A stretch of 63,363 nucleotides of DNA, counting the filler, from Octopus bimaculoides (lineage: Eukaryota): the NCBI RefSeq assembly GCF_001194135.2. It is 6 parts of 5 records of this genome, joined end to end, with 100 filler letters (N's around TTAATTAATTAA, not from the genome) between each part and the next. Parts side by side here need not be neighbours in the genome. Positions count along the whole stretch, not along the records: positions 1 to 28,745 come from NC_069001.1; positions 28,846 to 46,567 come from NC_068983.1; 4 more parts are not named here. One strand, 5' to 3'. The notes under the pieces are model-generated. The model searched no databases and was not told where the DNA came from. It worked only from the letters and a program-made list of their open reading frames with translations. A program made the position numbers and the translations under genes. Shown here in pieces: positions 25,381-38,244 of this stretch (positions are counted from its first letter, which is position 1; each line of letters starts with the position of its first letter).

Positions 25381-25487
25381 GGCTCCGTGCTCAGTTCCAC
25401 TTCGTGGTACCTTGGGCTATTGTTTTCTACTATAGCCACGGGCTGACCAAAGTCTTGTCAGACGGAAACTGAAAGAGGCCCGTCGTG
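25381..25487 (+). mobile_element. SINE family C fragment ending in (TA)n and a gap
   Basis: ggtaccttgggc...ctactatagcc..gggctgaccaaagtcttg...gacggaaactgaaagaggcccgtcgtg. Confidence 0.75.
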
Positions 25488-27017
25488 TATATATATATAT
25501 ATATATATANNNNNNNNNNNNNNNNNNNNNNNNNNNNNNNNNNNNNNNNNNNNNNNNNNNNNNNNNNNNNNNNNNNNNNNNNNNNNNNNNNNNNNNNNNN
25601 NNNNNNNNNNNNNNNNNNNNNNNNNNNNNNNNNNNNNNNNNNNNNNNNNNNNNNNNNNNNNNNNNNNNNNNNNNNNNNNNNNNNNNNNNNNNNNNNNNNN
25701 NNNNNNNNNNNNNNNNNNNNNNNNNNNNNNNNNNNNNNNNNNNNNNNNNNNNNNNNNNNNNNNNNNNNNNNNNNNNNNNNNNNNNNNNNNNNNNNNNNNN
25801 NNNNNNNNNNNNNNNNNNNNNNNNNNNNNNNNNNNNNNNNNNNNNNNNNNNNNNNNNNNNNNNNNNNNNNNNNNNNNNNNNNNNNNNNNNNNCACAAAAA
25901 AAATAAAAAGACAAACGATAGTATATCCAGGAATACATCATTCACTATGTCTTTCCATTTTTAAAGAGAGTAGTGTTTAATTTGAGGGCGATTTGGTTGC
26001 TTTTTTCTAGCAGGTCAGTAAAATCTCTGTCTGTTGATGGAGTAGAATATCAACTACTGCGTTTAAATTATACTGAAGACGTTTAGATTTCTCACTCGTT
26101 GCCAAATGTTTCAGTTTATAATTGAAGTCAATAAAAACCATTCCTTTTAAATTCCAGACACTCTGTTTCATTTCTCTCTCTCTTTCTTTCTTTCTTTCCT
26201 TTTTATTTTCTTCTTTTCCGTGCGTAATATGTACATTGTACTTAGAACTTCTTACAGGCCTCAAGCGGCTGACAATCTCCATCTAAAAGTCATTTAGTGT
26301 CTAAATTAGTTACACAAAGCGATGTAATATTAAATTTAGTTCGCAAAGGTTATGGGAAAGAGAAAAAAAAAATCGACTTTATAATTACAACAAAGTCATT
26401 TTTGGTTGTCTTACTTTACGACTCAATTCTGAAGAATTTGGGAGATTAAAAGAATGGAATTTAATTCCCCGATTGCTTTGAGCTAACTCTGAATTTATGA
26501 ATTAATTAAATTCAAATTTTTCTCTAATGAAATTAAGTTTTGAAATAAATTAAAATAAACATAAATAGGCCAGGGCGGAAATACGTTTTAGTACAATTAT
26601 TTTAGTTTCTCTATTTCTATTTTTTTTTTTTTTGAGTTAATGATTAATAGATTAACATCAGAACGGCGTATTAATGCCTAACGCATAACATTAGTATCAA
26701 CTTTAGTACATCACAAAGATATATTACTATACAACATAGTATAGCTCTGTAAAATTTAGTATTTCACCATACGACAATGTATATATTTGTGTCGATGTAC
26801 CTAATACAGAAAACATCAAACGATATTTCAGAGAAATTCAAATGGCAAGAAACAATTGATGTTAATCAATGCCGACGAGTATCATTCTGATAATTTCAGC
26901 AAGTTCGAGAGACAGCTCTACGAATGTTATGTACCGATCTTATTAGACCGCCTCGGCAAAACATAGAATCCGCCATAAATGCGAATGTAGTGATGAAACA
27001 CAGCTACATAGGGCGCA

Positions 27018-28032
27018 TGCGTGGCTATGTAGTAAAAGGCTTGCTTGCTGCCCGCTTGGCTCCGGGTTCAGTCTTACTGCGTAGCACATTGGGCAAGTGT
27101 CTTCTACTATACCATCGGGCCGACCAAAACCTTGTGGGCAGATCTGATGGACGGAAACTGAGAGAAGACAGTCGTATATATATATNNNNNNNNNNNNNNN
27201 NNNNNNNNNNNNNNNNNNNNNNNNNNNNNNNNNNNNNNNNNNNNNNNNNNNNNNNNNNNNNNNNNNNNNNNNNNNNNNNNNNNNNNNNNNNNNNNNNNNN
27301 NNNNNNNNNNNNNNNNNNNNNNNNNNNNNNNNNNNNNNNNNNNNNNNNNNNNNNNNNNNNNNNNNNNNNNNNNNNNNNNNNNNNNNNNNNNNNNNNNNNN
27401 NNNNNNNNNNNNNNNNNNNNNNNNNNNNNNNNNNNNNNNNNNNNNNNNNNNNNNNNNNNNNNNNNNNNNNNNNNNNNNNNNNNNNNNNNNNNNNNNNNNN
27501 NNNNNNNNNNNNNNNNNNNNNNNNNNNNNNNNNNNNNNNNNNNNNNNNNNNNNNNNNNNNNNNNNNNNNNNNNNNNNNNNNNNNNNNNNNNNNNNNNNNN
27601 NNNNNNNNNNNNNNNNNNNNNNNNNNNNNNNNNNNNNNNNNNNNNNNNNNNNNNNNNNNNNNNNNNNNNNNNNNNNNNNNNNNNNNNNNNNNNNNNNNNN
27701 NNNNNNNNNNNNNNNNNNNNNNNNNNNNNNNNNNNNNNNNNNNNNNNNNNNNNNTATATATATTTGTTTATGCGTATCTGTGCGTATCTTTCTACCTGTG
27801 TTTCTACACCACCACCCCCACCCACCGGTTAACAAGTGGTGTTGGTTTACGTCCCCATAACATAGTGGTTCAGCAAAATAAACCGACAGAATTAGCACCT
27901 GGCTGCAAAAAAAAAAAGAAGCAAAAAAACAAATTAGTACTAGGTTCGATACATTCGGACTAAAATTACTTCAGTGTGGTGCCCCAGCATGGCCACAGTC
28001 GCATGACTGAAATACGCAAAGGATAGAAGATA
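27018..28032 (+). mobile_element. SINE family C split by an expanded microsatellite and gap
   Basis: Head 27018-27177 and tail 27823-28032 are colinear with 18763-19160. Confidence 0.7.
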
Positions 28033-28789
28033 ACTCTACACGATACTACAATCGCCGGCGTAGAAATCTAATAATATTCAAAGAGTAAATTTGAATCTTA
28101 AACATAAACTCACATCGTATAAGAGAGTGCAACGTTATATAAAGCGCTTAATGCATCACAAAGGCTTAATGCATCATTAACTGACTAACGAGTCTAAAAC
28201 ATTGTATATTTCATACTCAGTACATTGGTATCAAGTATCGTTCCTTGTATATTTAGTACATGCTACATGGCTACCAAATTTATTACATTGCAGCGCTATT
28301 CCACTTTAGTACATAGCACGTTGCTACTTTATTGGTATTACATAATGACATATTATTACGTAGTAGCTTAAAAGCTGCACACCGTGGTTCCTGTGTAGGG
28401 CTTATATTAATTGAGCCAACTTATATAGAGTACACACGACAGAGAAAATTAAAGGGGAGGAAGTAAAGTGTTATACGTTTAACGGCCGTTTCTAGGGCTC
28501 GGAGATTCATGATGATAATGGCGGAGGTATTTTATCACAGTATGCAAGCCGTAATGGAAGCAATCAACATTGAATAAAACGAGCCTCCATCATCAAGGTA
28601 CAAGAGATCATACGTTTCAGATTATAGTTCAGAAGAGTTCAAATATAGAAAGGTGGAAACACCTTAATTCCTCTCCTTTCATTTATTGTTTCTCTGTCGT
28701 TTGTACCCTGTGTAAACTGGATCTATTAATATAGATATCAATATANNNNNNNNNNNNNNNNNNNNNNNNNNNNNNNNNNNNNNNNNNNN

Positions 28790-28801
28790 TTAATTAATTA
28801 A
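28790..28801. other. Assembly spacer TTAATTAATTAA inside a 44N-12-44N gap (also 46612-46623, 50559-50570, 59541-59552, 61874-61885)
   Basis: Identical 100-bp construct five times; stop codons in all six frames. Confidence 0.95.
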
Positions 28802-28910
28802 NNNNNNNNNNNNNNNNNNNNNNNNNNNNNNNNNNNNNNNNNNNNATACATACATACAGACATATATACATACATATATATATATATACATATATTTACT
28901 CATATGCATG

Positions 28911-28956
<46 letters not shown>

Positions 28957-29500
28957 TAAATATATGTATGCGTAAATTGATAACACAAGTGATATACGTA
29001 GATAAACACTGACTTCTTTAATACTGACAAGATTTCTGAGCTTCTGATCTTCAGAGATGAGATCAATAAAGCTGGTTATCCATTGATTGATACAACTTGT
29101 CACGAAGAGTCTACAAACATATGTGACTTAATATTAAAGAACAGTGTGAAAACATGGTAACATCTCGAAAGAGCAAAGAAGAAGAATCAAACATTAATAC
29201 TATCGGTATACAAATGTACACACACACACATACACACACATGCATGCACATGATCATATATTTATCATTATCATCATCGCTATCATCATTATCATCACGG
29301 TCATCATCCTCTTAATATCAGATATTTCATGTTTGCATGGGCTAAATAGATACACAGAAAGTCATATGCATATGTGCATAACTACATATATATGTGTGTA
29401 TTTGTGTGCGTATGTATATATATATGCATACACACATACATTCATATATATACATATATACATGTAGAGAATATATATATATTTGCATATGTATATATGT

Positions 29501-29531
<31 letters not shown>

Positions 29532-31017
29532 AATATATACATACATATGTATGTGTGTGTGTATGTATANNNNNNNNNNNNNNNNNNNNNNNNNNNNNNN
29601 NNNNNNNNNNNNNNNNNNNNNNNNNNNNNNNNNNNNNNNNNNNNNNNNNNNNNNNNNNNNNNNNNNNNNNNNNNNNNNNNNNNNNNNNNNNNNNNNNNNN
29701 NNNNNNNNNNNNNNNNNNNNNNNNNNNNNNNNNNNNNNNNNNNNNNNNNNNNNNNNNNNNNNNNNNNNNNNNNNNNNNNNNNNNNNNNNNNNNNNNNNNN
29801 NNNNNNNNNNNNNNNNNNNNNNNNNNNNNNNNNNNNNNNNNNNNNNNNNNNNNNNNNNNNNNNNNNNNNNNNNNNNNNNNNNNNNNNNNNNNNNNNNNNN
29901 NNNNNNNNNNNNNNNNNNNNNNNNNNNNNNNNNNNNNNNNNNNNNNNNNNNNNNNNNNNNNNNNNNNNNNNNNNNNNNNNNNNNNNNNNNNNNNNNNNNN
30001 NNNNNNNNNNNNNNNNNNNNNNNNNNNNNNNNNNNNNNNNNNNNNNNNNNNNNNNNNNNNNNNNNNNNNNNNNNNNNNNNNNNNNNNNNNNNNNNNNNNN
30101 NNNNNNNNNNNNNNNNNNNNNNNNNNNNNNNNNNNNNNNNNNNNNNNNNNNNNNNNNNNNNNNNNNNNNNNNNNNNNNNNNNNNNNNNNNNNNNNNNNNN
30201 NNNNNNNNNNNNNNNNNNNNNNNNNNNNNNNNNNNNNNNNNNNNATCTATAAAGTGCAAGTAAAGTAAGTGATAGGAACTGTAATAGAGAGTGAAAAGAA
30301 ACCGACAGAGTGTGTGTAATAACTAGGAATCGATTCTACTTGTCATGCAAGTAATTAAAAGGAACAGAGTGAGATTTCATTTAGAAAGGTCTCACAGACA
30401 ATTCTAAGGTTTCTAAATCTGGAATGAAAACGTAAACAAATTTTTTTATAGTTTAGCAGCTTGATATTCTAAAGGCAAGAAGTTATTTTCAGATTGTTAT
30501 CTTCAATATATATTTAAATTTAATACTTGATAAATATTTATAGCAGCGAAAAATGAAAATGATTTTGTATGATCGAGTTTATACATACATAAATGCATAT
30601 ACATAATGTATGTATATATATATATATATTGAGTTAAAACTTACACGTGCATCGCCGTGGTACGTAATGTAATAGATTTTACACAATTTGTTTTTGCAGC
30701 CATAAACTGGCGATTCAATTCGTCCAGGGTTCGACTGAGGTATGTGAGTTGATAAGCCATAAAAATGCCGAAATGTCGGTATGCATTACTCCCGAATTCG
30801 ATCCGATGCGACTTTGTTTCGCCTGACTATGACTGTAATGTGTTTAAACACCAAGTGATATAAGAGAGTCTGCAAGGAGTCTCCAAGGAGTCGTCATGCC
30901 GAATCCGGCCTTAGCGAATCCAGCGAATAAATAAAATACATACATTGAATATGTGCGACGATAATGTTTACTTACATCAACAACACTGCTTCTAATTCAC
31001 TATTGAATATATGTGTA

Positions 31018-31052
<35 letters not shown>

Positions 31053-31610
31053 NNNNNNNNNNNNNNNNNNNNNNNNNNNNNNNNNNNNNNNNNNNNNNNN
31101 NNNNNNNNNNNNNNNNNNNNNNNNNNNNNNNNNNNNNNNNNNNNNNNNNNNNNNNNNNNNNNNNNNNNNNNNNNNNNNNNNNNNNNNNNNNNNNNNNNNN
31201 NNNNNNNNNNNNNNNNNNNNNNNNNNNNNNNNNNNNNNNNNNNNNNNNNNNNNNNNNNNNNNNNNNNNNNNNNNNNNNNNNNNNNNNNNNNNNNNNNNNN
31301 NNNNNNNNNNNNNNNNNNNNNNNNNNNNNNNNNNNNNNNNNNNNNNNNNNNNNNNNNNNNNNNNNNNNNNNNNNNNNNNNNNNNNNNNNNNNNNNNNNNN
31401 NNNNNNNNNNNNNNNNNNNNNNNNNNNNNNNNNNNNNNNNNNNNNNNNNNNNNNNNNNNNNNNTTTACCCCCGCCCATGTATAACACTCAATTGCGAGAT
31501 TGGCGTGCAATAACTAGCACTTGAGTATGAATAATTGGGTACATTAACAGCAGTATATTGGATACGTACTATCCCTTAGTTGGTCTCTCAACCTCTAACT
31601 CATACAGAAG

Positions 31611-31663
<53 letters not shown>

Positions 31664-31710
31664 ACACACACAGACACACACACACACACAGACACATATA
31701 TATATATATA

Positions 31711-31791
31711 AAGGGGCTGGACAAAATAATGGAAACACCTAGCATCATGGCATCATAATTCTGAAATATCTATAAAACCGCAAAAGCTTGT

Positions 31792-31826
<35 letters not shown>

Positions 31827-32750
31827 TTGTTGCTTAATATGTTTTGCTTAAATTACTGTTTCTTTTCAAATGTCACTAGAAAGAGGTCATTAAAATTCAT
31901 TAAAATGAGAGATCTACCGGACTTTCAAAGTGGTCAAATTGTTGGTGTTCGTATGGTACGGGCTAACGTAACGAAAACAGCCGAAATGTACGGTGTATGA
32001 AGAAGTACAGTCTCGAAAGTAATGACAGCCTTTGAGAAAGAGGGGAAACCTTCCTTGTAACAAAACTTCGGAAGAAAACCAAAACTTTCAGATAGGGAGC
32101 ATCGGACTCTTACGCGAATTGTTACAAAGTATCACAAAAGTACAGCTCTCAAAGTTACTGCTGAGCTTAATGACCACCTCAAGAACCCAGTTTCCACAAA
32201 AGTTGTTTACCGTGAGCTGCACAAAGCCGGATTTCATGGGAGGGAGAGCTGCAATCAGAAAACCACTACTTTAAAAAAAAACGTTGCAGAGCGTTTAGAG
32301 TGGAGTAAAAACCTACAGAATTGGTACCTAGAGCAGAAGAAGAATGTTATTTTCTCAGACGAGTCATCCTTTACCGTATTTCCGACCACCAGCCGAGTAT
32401 ACATGTGGAGACAGCCAAAAGAAGCATTTGACCCAGACTGCCTTCTTCCAACTGTTAAACATGGAGATCTGTGATGATCTAGGGGACTATATCTTGGAAA
32501 TCCGCCGGCCCAATCGTTTCCCTTCATGGCAGAATTAATAGTCAAGACTATTTAAGCATTTTATCTTATCGCATTCATCCTATGGTTGAGGAACTGTTTC
32601 CGGAGGGAAACGCAATCTTTCAGGAAGATAATGCACCAATTCACACAGCTAAAGTTGTTACTGAATGGCACGAGGAACATTCTAGTGAAGTTGAACATCT
32701 CATCGGGCCACCACAGTCCCCAGATCTCAATATTATTGAACATTTCTGGT
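31711..32750 (+). mobile_element. Tc1/mariner-superfamily DNA transposon, 5' TIR plus decayed transposase, 3' end in gap
   Basis: TA then aaggggctggacaaaataatggaaacacc terminus; transposase motifs downstream. Confidence 0.92.
31905..32750 (+). pseudogene. Tc1-type transposase pseudogene, D-D-36-E triad
   Basis: MRDLPDFQSGQIVG..., FSDES (D at 32358), FQEDNAPIH (D at 32627), SPDLNIIEH (E at 32738); stops and frameshifts. Confidence 0.92.
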
Positions 32751-33656
32751 NNNNNNNNNNNNNNNNNNNNNNNNNNNNNNNNNNNNNNNNNNNNNNNNNN
32801 NNNNNNNNNNNNNNNNNNNNNNNNNNNNNNNNNNNNNNNNNNNNNNNNNNNNNNNNNNNNNNNNNNNNNNNNNNNNNNNNNNNNNNNNNNNNNNNNNNNN
32901 NNNNNNNNNNNNNNNNNNNNNNNNNNNNNNNNNNNNNNNNNNNNNNNNNNNNNNNNNNNNNNNNNNNNNNNNNNNNNNNNNNNNNNNNNNNNNNNNNNNN
33001 NNNNNNNNNNNNNNNNNNNNNNNNNNNNNNNNNNNNNNNNNNNNNNNNNNNNNNNNNNNNNNNNNNNNNNNNNNNNNNNNNNNNNNNNNNNNNNNNNNNN
33101 NNNNNNNNNNNNNNNNNNNNNNNNNNNNNNNNNNNNNNNNNNNNNNNNNNNNNNNNNNNNNNNNNNNNNNNNNNNNNNNNNNNNNNNNNNNNNNNNNNNN
33201 NNNNNNNNNNNNNNNNNNNNNNNNNNNNNNNNNNNNNNNNNNNNNNNNNNNNNNNNNNNNNNNNNNNNNNNNNNNNNNNNNNNNNNNNNNNNNNNNNNNN
33301 NNNNNNNNNNNNNNNNNNNNNNNNNNNNNNNNNNNNNNNNNNNNNNNNNNNNNNNNNNNNNNNNNNNNNNNNNNNNNNNNNNNNNNNNNNNNNNNNNNNN
33401 NNNNNNNNNNNNNNNNNNNNNNNNNNNNNNNNNNNNNNNNNNNGAGAAAAATGTGTAGTTTAGAATCAGTAGTTCTTTGACTGCTATTTCTAAATTTTCA
33501 GTATGTTGGAGAAGCAACTCAATGCTAATCCCTGTATATTTATGATGATAAATGGTTTTACCGATAAAGGTTTTTTCATACTGAACTACTTGGCAAAATT
33601 GTTAATTATTAATTCTATTATTAATTGACGATTCCCTGCCCTTATTCTTGTATATA

Positions 33657-33692
<36 letters not shown>

Positions 33693-33810
33693 TGTATGTA
33701 TGTATGTATGTATGTATGTTTGTGTACGTATTTGTGTGCAGAGATAGATTATTGCGGCGTATCGTATATGTTAATATCGTATGTTGTATGTATTTATAAA
33801 TGAAGGTTAG

Positions 33811-33910
33811 TGACCTAGACTGCCTTCTTCCAACTGCTAAACATGGAGGAGGAACTGGTGGTGGGAGGCTATATCTTGGAAATCTGCCGGCCCAATGGTT
33901 TCCCTTCATG
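33811..33910 (+). pseudogene. Isolated 100-bp fragment of the same transposase family
   Basis: Homologous to 32429-32528 (DCLLPTAKHGGG...ISWKSAGP). Confidence 0.85.
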
Positions 33911-34911
33911 TAAAATGTAACATGTAGGAACTCTACCAGAAACTTTTGACTGATCCTTTCATTTCATATAAAACATTTAAATAAGGCATAGATATACAAA
34001 ACAAATATTTGAATACATATATATATATACATGTATGTTTATACGTTATATAAGATATTTGTATATATATACACACACATATGTGTGCATATGCACGTAT
34101 GTATGTATGTATGTATGTATGTATGTATATGTAACAAGGCTGAATTAAATTTCGTCTTTTAATTTGGAGGATTCTAAAAGACAATTTCTAATAAAGATTC
34201 TTCATATTTTGCTGGTAGTTTACTGGTGTAAGTTTGCGAATATTAAAAAATATTTGTATATGGTGTGTTGTGAATTTATGCAAAGAAATCCCATAAAACT
34301 CAACAAACTTGTTTTAAATGGAGAAGAGATGTTAAAATGTCAGAGAATTTTGTATGTAAGTATGTATATCTTAATATATAAATCTGAAATTGTGCGTTTG
34401 TATGAAGCCTTTTTGAATGTTTATAGAAATCCACATTTTCCACTTTTTCGTAAAAATGTTTACATCAATGGAATTTTCTCGATCTGAACTTTCCAGTGCA
34501 GTAATTAGATTTTTAAAATTCCGTTTACTTTGTGTGATTTAAGGGAGATTTGGCTGTTGTTTCTAGCAACTTTTATATTTCATCCCTGCTACCTGGAACG
34601 TCATTCTTACACACGCGCACAACATAAAAATATAGAGAGTAAAAGTAAAAGAGGGAGAGGGAGAGAGAGAAAGTGATACATACAACGTCATAGATTGAAC
34701 TTTCATCTCAGTGTTCTTTAACTATTTTTCATAACATAGATACGTGAAAACACACACAACCACTCATACATGACCTGTGACAACAACATACACATTGCTC
34801 TCAATCTCTATTCATTTCTCCCCCTCTTCCTCTCTCGCTCTCTCAAACGTATACACGTGCAATTAAACAATCATTCACATCGTGGTATATTTACAAAACA
34901 TTGATGGCATA

Positions 34912-35200
34912 ACTACAGAGTTGTATCCCCGAAATTTGGAAGGTCATAACTTTCAGAAAAATGAATATTTTTTATGAAATTTTCTATGCATATATTATTT
35001 ATTATGTAGATTCCAAATATACAAACATTTTCGGTGAAAGTGAATTGGAAGGGGGTGGGGTACAATATTCGGAAATTCCACTTAAATTCCTCTTAACTTC
35101 CAGGAAAATGAATATTTTTTCATGAAATTTTGTACAAATGTACCTTGATATATGTACATTTCAAGCATGTAGGAAATTTGAAGGAAACAACTGCAGGTTA
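34912..35200 (+). mobile_element. Probable non-autonomous DNA transposon remnant
   Basis: Starts tacagagttgtatccc (Tc1/mariner-like terminus); internal duplicated aaaatgaatatttttt(c)atgaaatttt. Confidence 0.4.
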
Positions 35201-35779
35201 TTTTTTGAGAAGTGTTCCCCACTCGGTGGTGTTTCGGAGCAAGGCGTCCATATTTGTTTCATTTTTCTCTATTATGTGCTTATGTGCATCCTTAGATTTC
35301 TAATGAAGTAATAGGCAGTGAAGAGAAGCAGTCATAAGAAAACTTTTAACTACCCCTATTCCTTTCTCTCTCCCCTCTACCTCTTCCTCTCTCGCTCTCT
35401 CANNNNNNNNNNNNNNNNNNNNNNNNNNNNNNNNNNNNNNNNNNNNNNNNNNNNNNNNNNNNNNNNNNNNNNNNNNNNNNNNNNNNNNNNNNNNNNNNNN
35501 NNNNNNNNNNNNNNNNNNNNNNNNNNNNNNNNNNNNNNNNNNNNNNNNNNNNNNNNNNNNNNNNNNNNNNNNNNNNNNNNNNNNNNNNNNNNNNNNNNNN
35601 NNNNNNNNNNNNNNNNNNNNNNNNNNNNNNNNNNNNNNNNNNNNNNNNNNNNNNNNNNNNNNNNNNNNNTGATAGAATTCTGGCAAATCTGTGTAGCAAC
35701 AGATCGCCAGCAATTGCTTCATCAGAAATTGCCGTCTTAGCTCCTGCTAAAAGGGATTACCCTGCTATGTATAATCAGG

Positions 35780-36029
35780 GCAGCGCAAAAAGTTGTTTTG
35801 CACAAGCATTTCTATAGCCAATTACACGGATGAAATTTACGTATGCTTAATAATTTTACGCAAAACAGCCTTCAGACTTTCCCTATTAATTTCATCGTCT
35901 TTTGAATTATGAACATATTTACATCATAAGGGTTTTTTCGTTGTAAGGCTTTCTTGATTTTCAGCTAGCAAGACTTATCGTAGATGGCATAATAAGTCAC
36001 ACCCGGACAAGGTCGGGTTATACTGCTAG
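35780..36029 (+). mobile_element. Non-autonomous Helitron, 3' end
   Basis: GC-rich hairpin acccggacaaggtcgggt (36001-36018), 7 nt, then CTAG|T; 5' end not located. Confidence 0.55.
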
Positions 36030-36311
36030 TATACATATATGAGAGCGTATGTATGTATATGTATTTACACTATTTCAGATATATTTGCTGTCAATTTATT
36101 TTTTATAAAGCCGTATGCACAGCAGTGACCGCCGATGGGCCACTACGAGTGTTTTGACGCGTATTGCCCGAATCGAGAATTTTTTCTGGAAAACAAACTG
36201 CAGTGAAAACGGCTTTTTTGGGTTTTTTTTAAAATGTCGAACGTGTTCCAAATTTATTTCAACTGAACTAAAAGCTTCACAACACTGCGTTCTTGGGCCT
36301 GAATGGTCTAA

Positions 36312-36429
36312 TACTACTACTACTACTAATAATAATAATAATACTATATTAACTGCTACTACTACTATTACTACTACTAGTGGTGCTCTTGCTGCTATTT
36401 CTAGTAGTGCTGTATCTGTTGCTGCTGCA

Positions 36430-36477
<48 letters not shown>

Positions 36478-36648
36478 GCTACTATTACTACTATTTTAAC
36501 TGCTACTGCTATTACTACTACTACTACTACTACTGCTGCTGTTACTGCTGCTCCTACTGCTTCTAGTGATGTTGTTGCTGCTATTCCTACTACTGCTGCT
36601 GTTGCTGCAGCAACTACTACTACTACTACTACTACTACTATTACTACA
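36312..36648. repeat. Compound (ACT)/(GCT)/(AAT) microsatellite
   Basis: Directly visible. Confidence 0.95.
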
Positions 36649-36935
36649 TGATACGGCGGCTCCGATTAGTAGAATTTGTTCAACTTCATTCAAACTTGCT
36701 TGTATCGAACGACACCACCTGACATATTCATGCTCCAGGCAAAGTGGAAGCTATAATCACTATCATTATGGAAGTGGTATTTCCATTCAGTTGAAGATCA
36801 TTAAATACTGCAACCCTTGTTCACCGATTTTGGTTAAATTCATATTCATACGACACAGTGCAAAATGCATCATGAAATATTCGAAGGATAGCATGGCCTA
36901 ATGCTTATAGATGTTCGGTTAATGATCATAATATT

Positions 36936-37149
36936 CTTTTCTACTCTAGGCACAAGGGTCGAAATTTTGGGGGAGGGGACTAGTGGATTAGATCGACCCC
37001 AGAACGCATCAGGTACTTAATTTATCGACCCCGAACGGATGAAATGCAAAGTCGGCCTCGGCGAAATTTGAACTCAGAACGTAAAGATAGACGAGATACT
37101 GTTAGCCATTTCACCTGGCGTGCTAACCTTTCTACCAGCTCGCCGCCTT
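36936..37149 (-). mobile_element. SINE family B, tail type 1, with 17-bp TSD
   Basis: TSD ttaatgatcataatatt at 36919-36935 and 37150-37166. Confidence 0.92.
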
Positions 37150-37500
37150 TTAATGATCATAATATTGCACGTTCCATTCCAGGACAGGGCACTACAGTAT
37201 ATCTTTGGGCAAACCATTTGCTTTCATGTTGCTACGAATATTCAGCTGAAATTTTGAAGTATTCAGTTGTTTTCTCTTCGTGTTACGATTTCAAGTAACC
37301 AAGTTGATTTTTAACTTTTCACTCCATCCATTTATTTGTCGATAAAATAAGTACCAACCAACTATTACAAGTCAATAAAAGTGCCTGTTCTCTTCTCAAC
37401 AAAATATCTAATATAGTGTCTAAGCTTATATCAATGTTACTGAAAGTTTTAAATACGGTTTTGGTCGAGTATTACAGGATTAAATGCTAAGAGAATTGCA

Positions 37501-37687
37501 AGGCGGTGAGCTGGCAGAATCGTTAGCACGCCAGGCGAAATGCTTAGCAGATATTTTATCTGCACGACGTTCGGAGTTCAAATTCTGCTGAGGTCGATTT
37601 ATGTTTTATCCTCTTGGGGTCGATAAGTTAAGTACCAGTGAAAAACTCCGCACAAATTTTAGGCCTTGTGCCTCTAGTAGAAAGGAT
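37501..37687 (+). mobile_element. SINE family B, tail type 1
   Basis: ggcggtgagctggcagaatcgttagcacgcc...ggccttgtgcctctagtagaaagg. Confidence 0.88.
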
Positions 37688-37790
37688 TAACTGCTATCAG
37701 AATTGACTTAGCCGTTCAAGCATTTGGTTGTAGTATTTTGTCTCTACAGAAATAGAGGACACATCATTTTTTAATATTTTACAAACAGAA

Positions 37791-38244
37791 GGCGATTGAT
37801 CTGGGCGCATCGTTAGCACGCCAAGCAAAATGCTTAGCAGCATTTCGTCCGTCACTATGTTCTCAGTTCAAGTTCCGCCGAGATTGACATTGCCTTTCAT
37901 CCTTTCAAGGTCGATAAAATAATTACCAAGTGAACACTGGGGTGAATCCAATCGAATTACCACCTCTAGCGGACTTGCTGGCCATGTGGTAAAATTTGAA
38001 AACATTATTATATTCGGTTTACAGAAGGCGGTGAGCTGACAACATCGTTGGCACTCCGGCCAAAATGCTTATGGCATTTCCTCCGTCTTTATGTACTGAT
38101 TTCAAATACCGCTGAGGTCGACTTTGCATTTCACCCTTTCGGGGGTCGGTAAAATAAGTACTAGTTGACCACTGAGGTCGATGTAATGAACTTACCCCTT
38201 CCCCTGATCTTTCTGGCATTGTACCAAAATTTGAAACCGATATT
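37791..38244 (+). mobile_element. Two tandem diverged SINE-B copies, tail type 2 (37791-38005, 38027-38244)
   Basis: Both preceded by tttac(aaac)agaa and both end aaaatttgaaa.c. Confidence 0.8.

Noticed and set aside
28475-28515. Third hammerhead-like motif (GAAACGGCCGUU, minus strand)
   Set aside because: Palindromic stem III is present but the CUGANGA core and stem II are broken; at best a dead remnant
28746-28845. Recurrent palindrome TTAATTAATTAA
   Set aside because: Always centred in a 44N-12-44N block; scaffolding spacer, not biology
29024-29061. CUGAAGA...GAAA on the minus strand
   Set aside because: No stem II can form; likely chance
23290-31524. ORFs of 150-300 aa in the track
   Set aside because: Mostly N runs plus (TA)/(TG) repeats; not coding evidence
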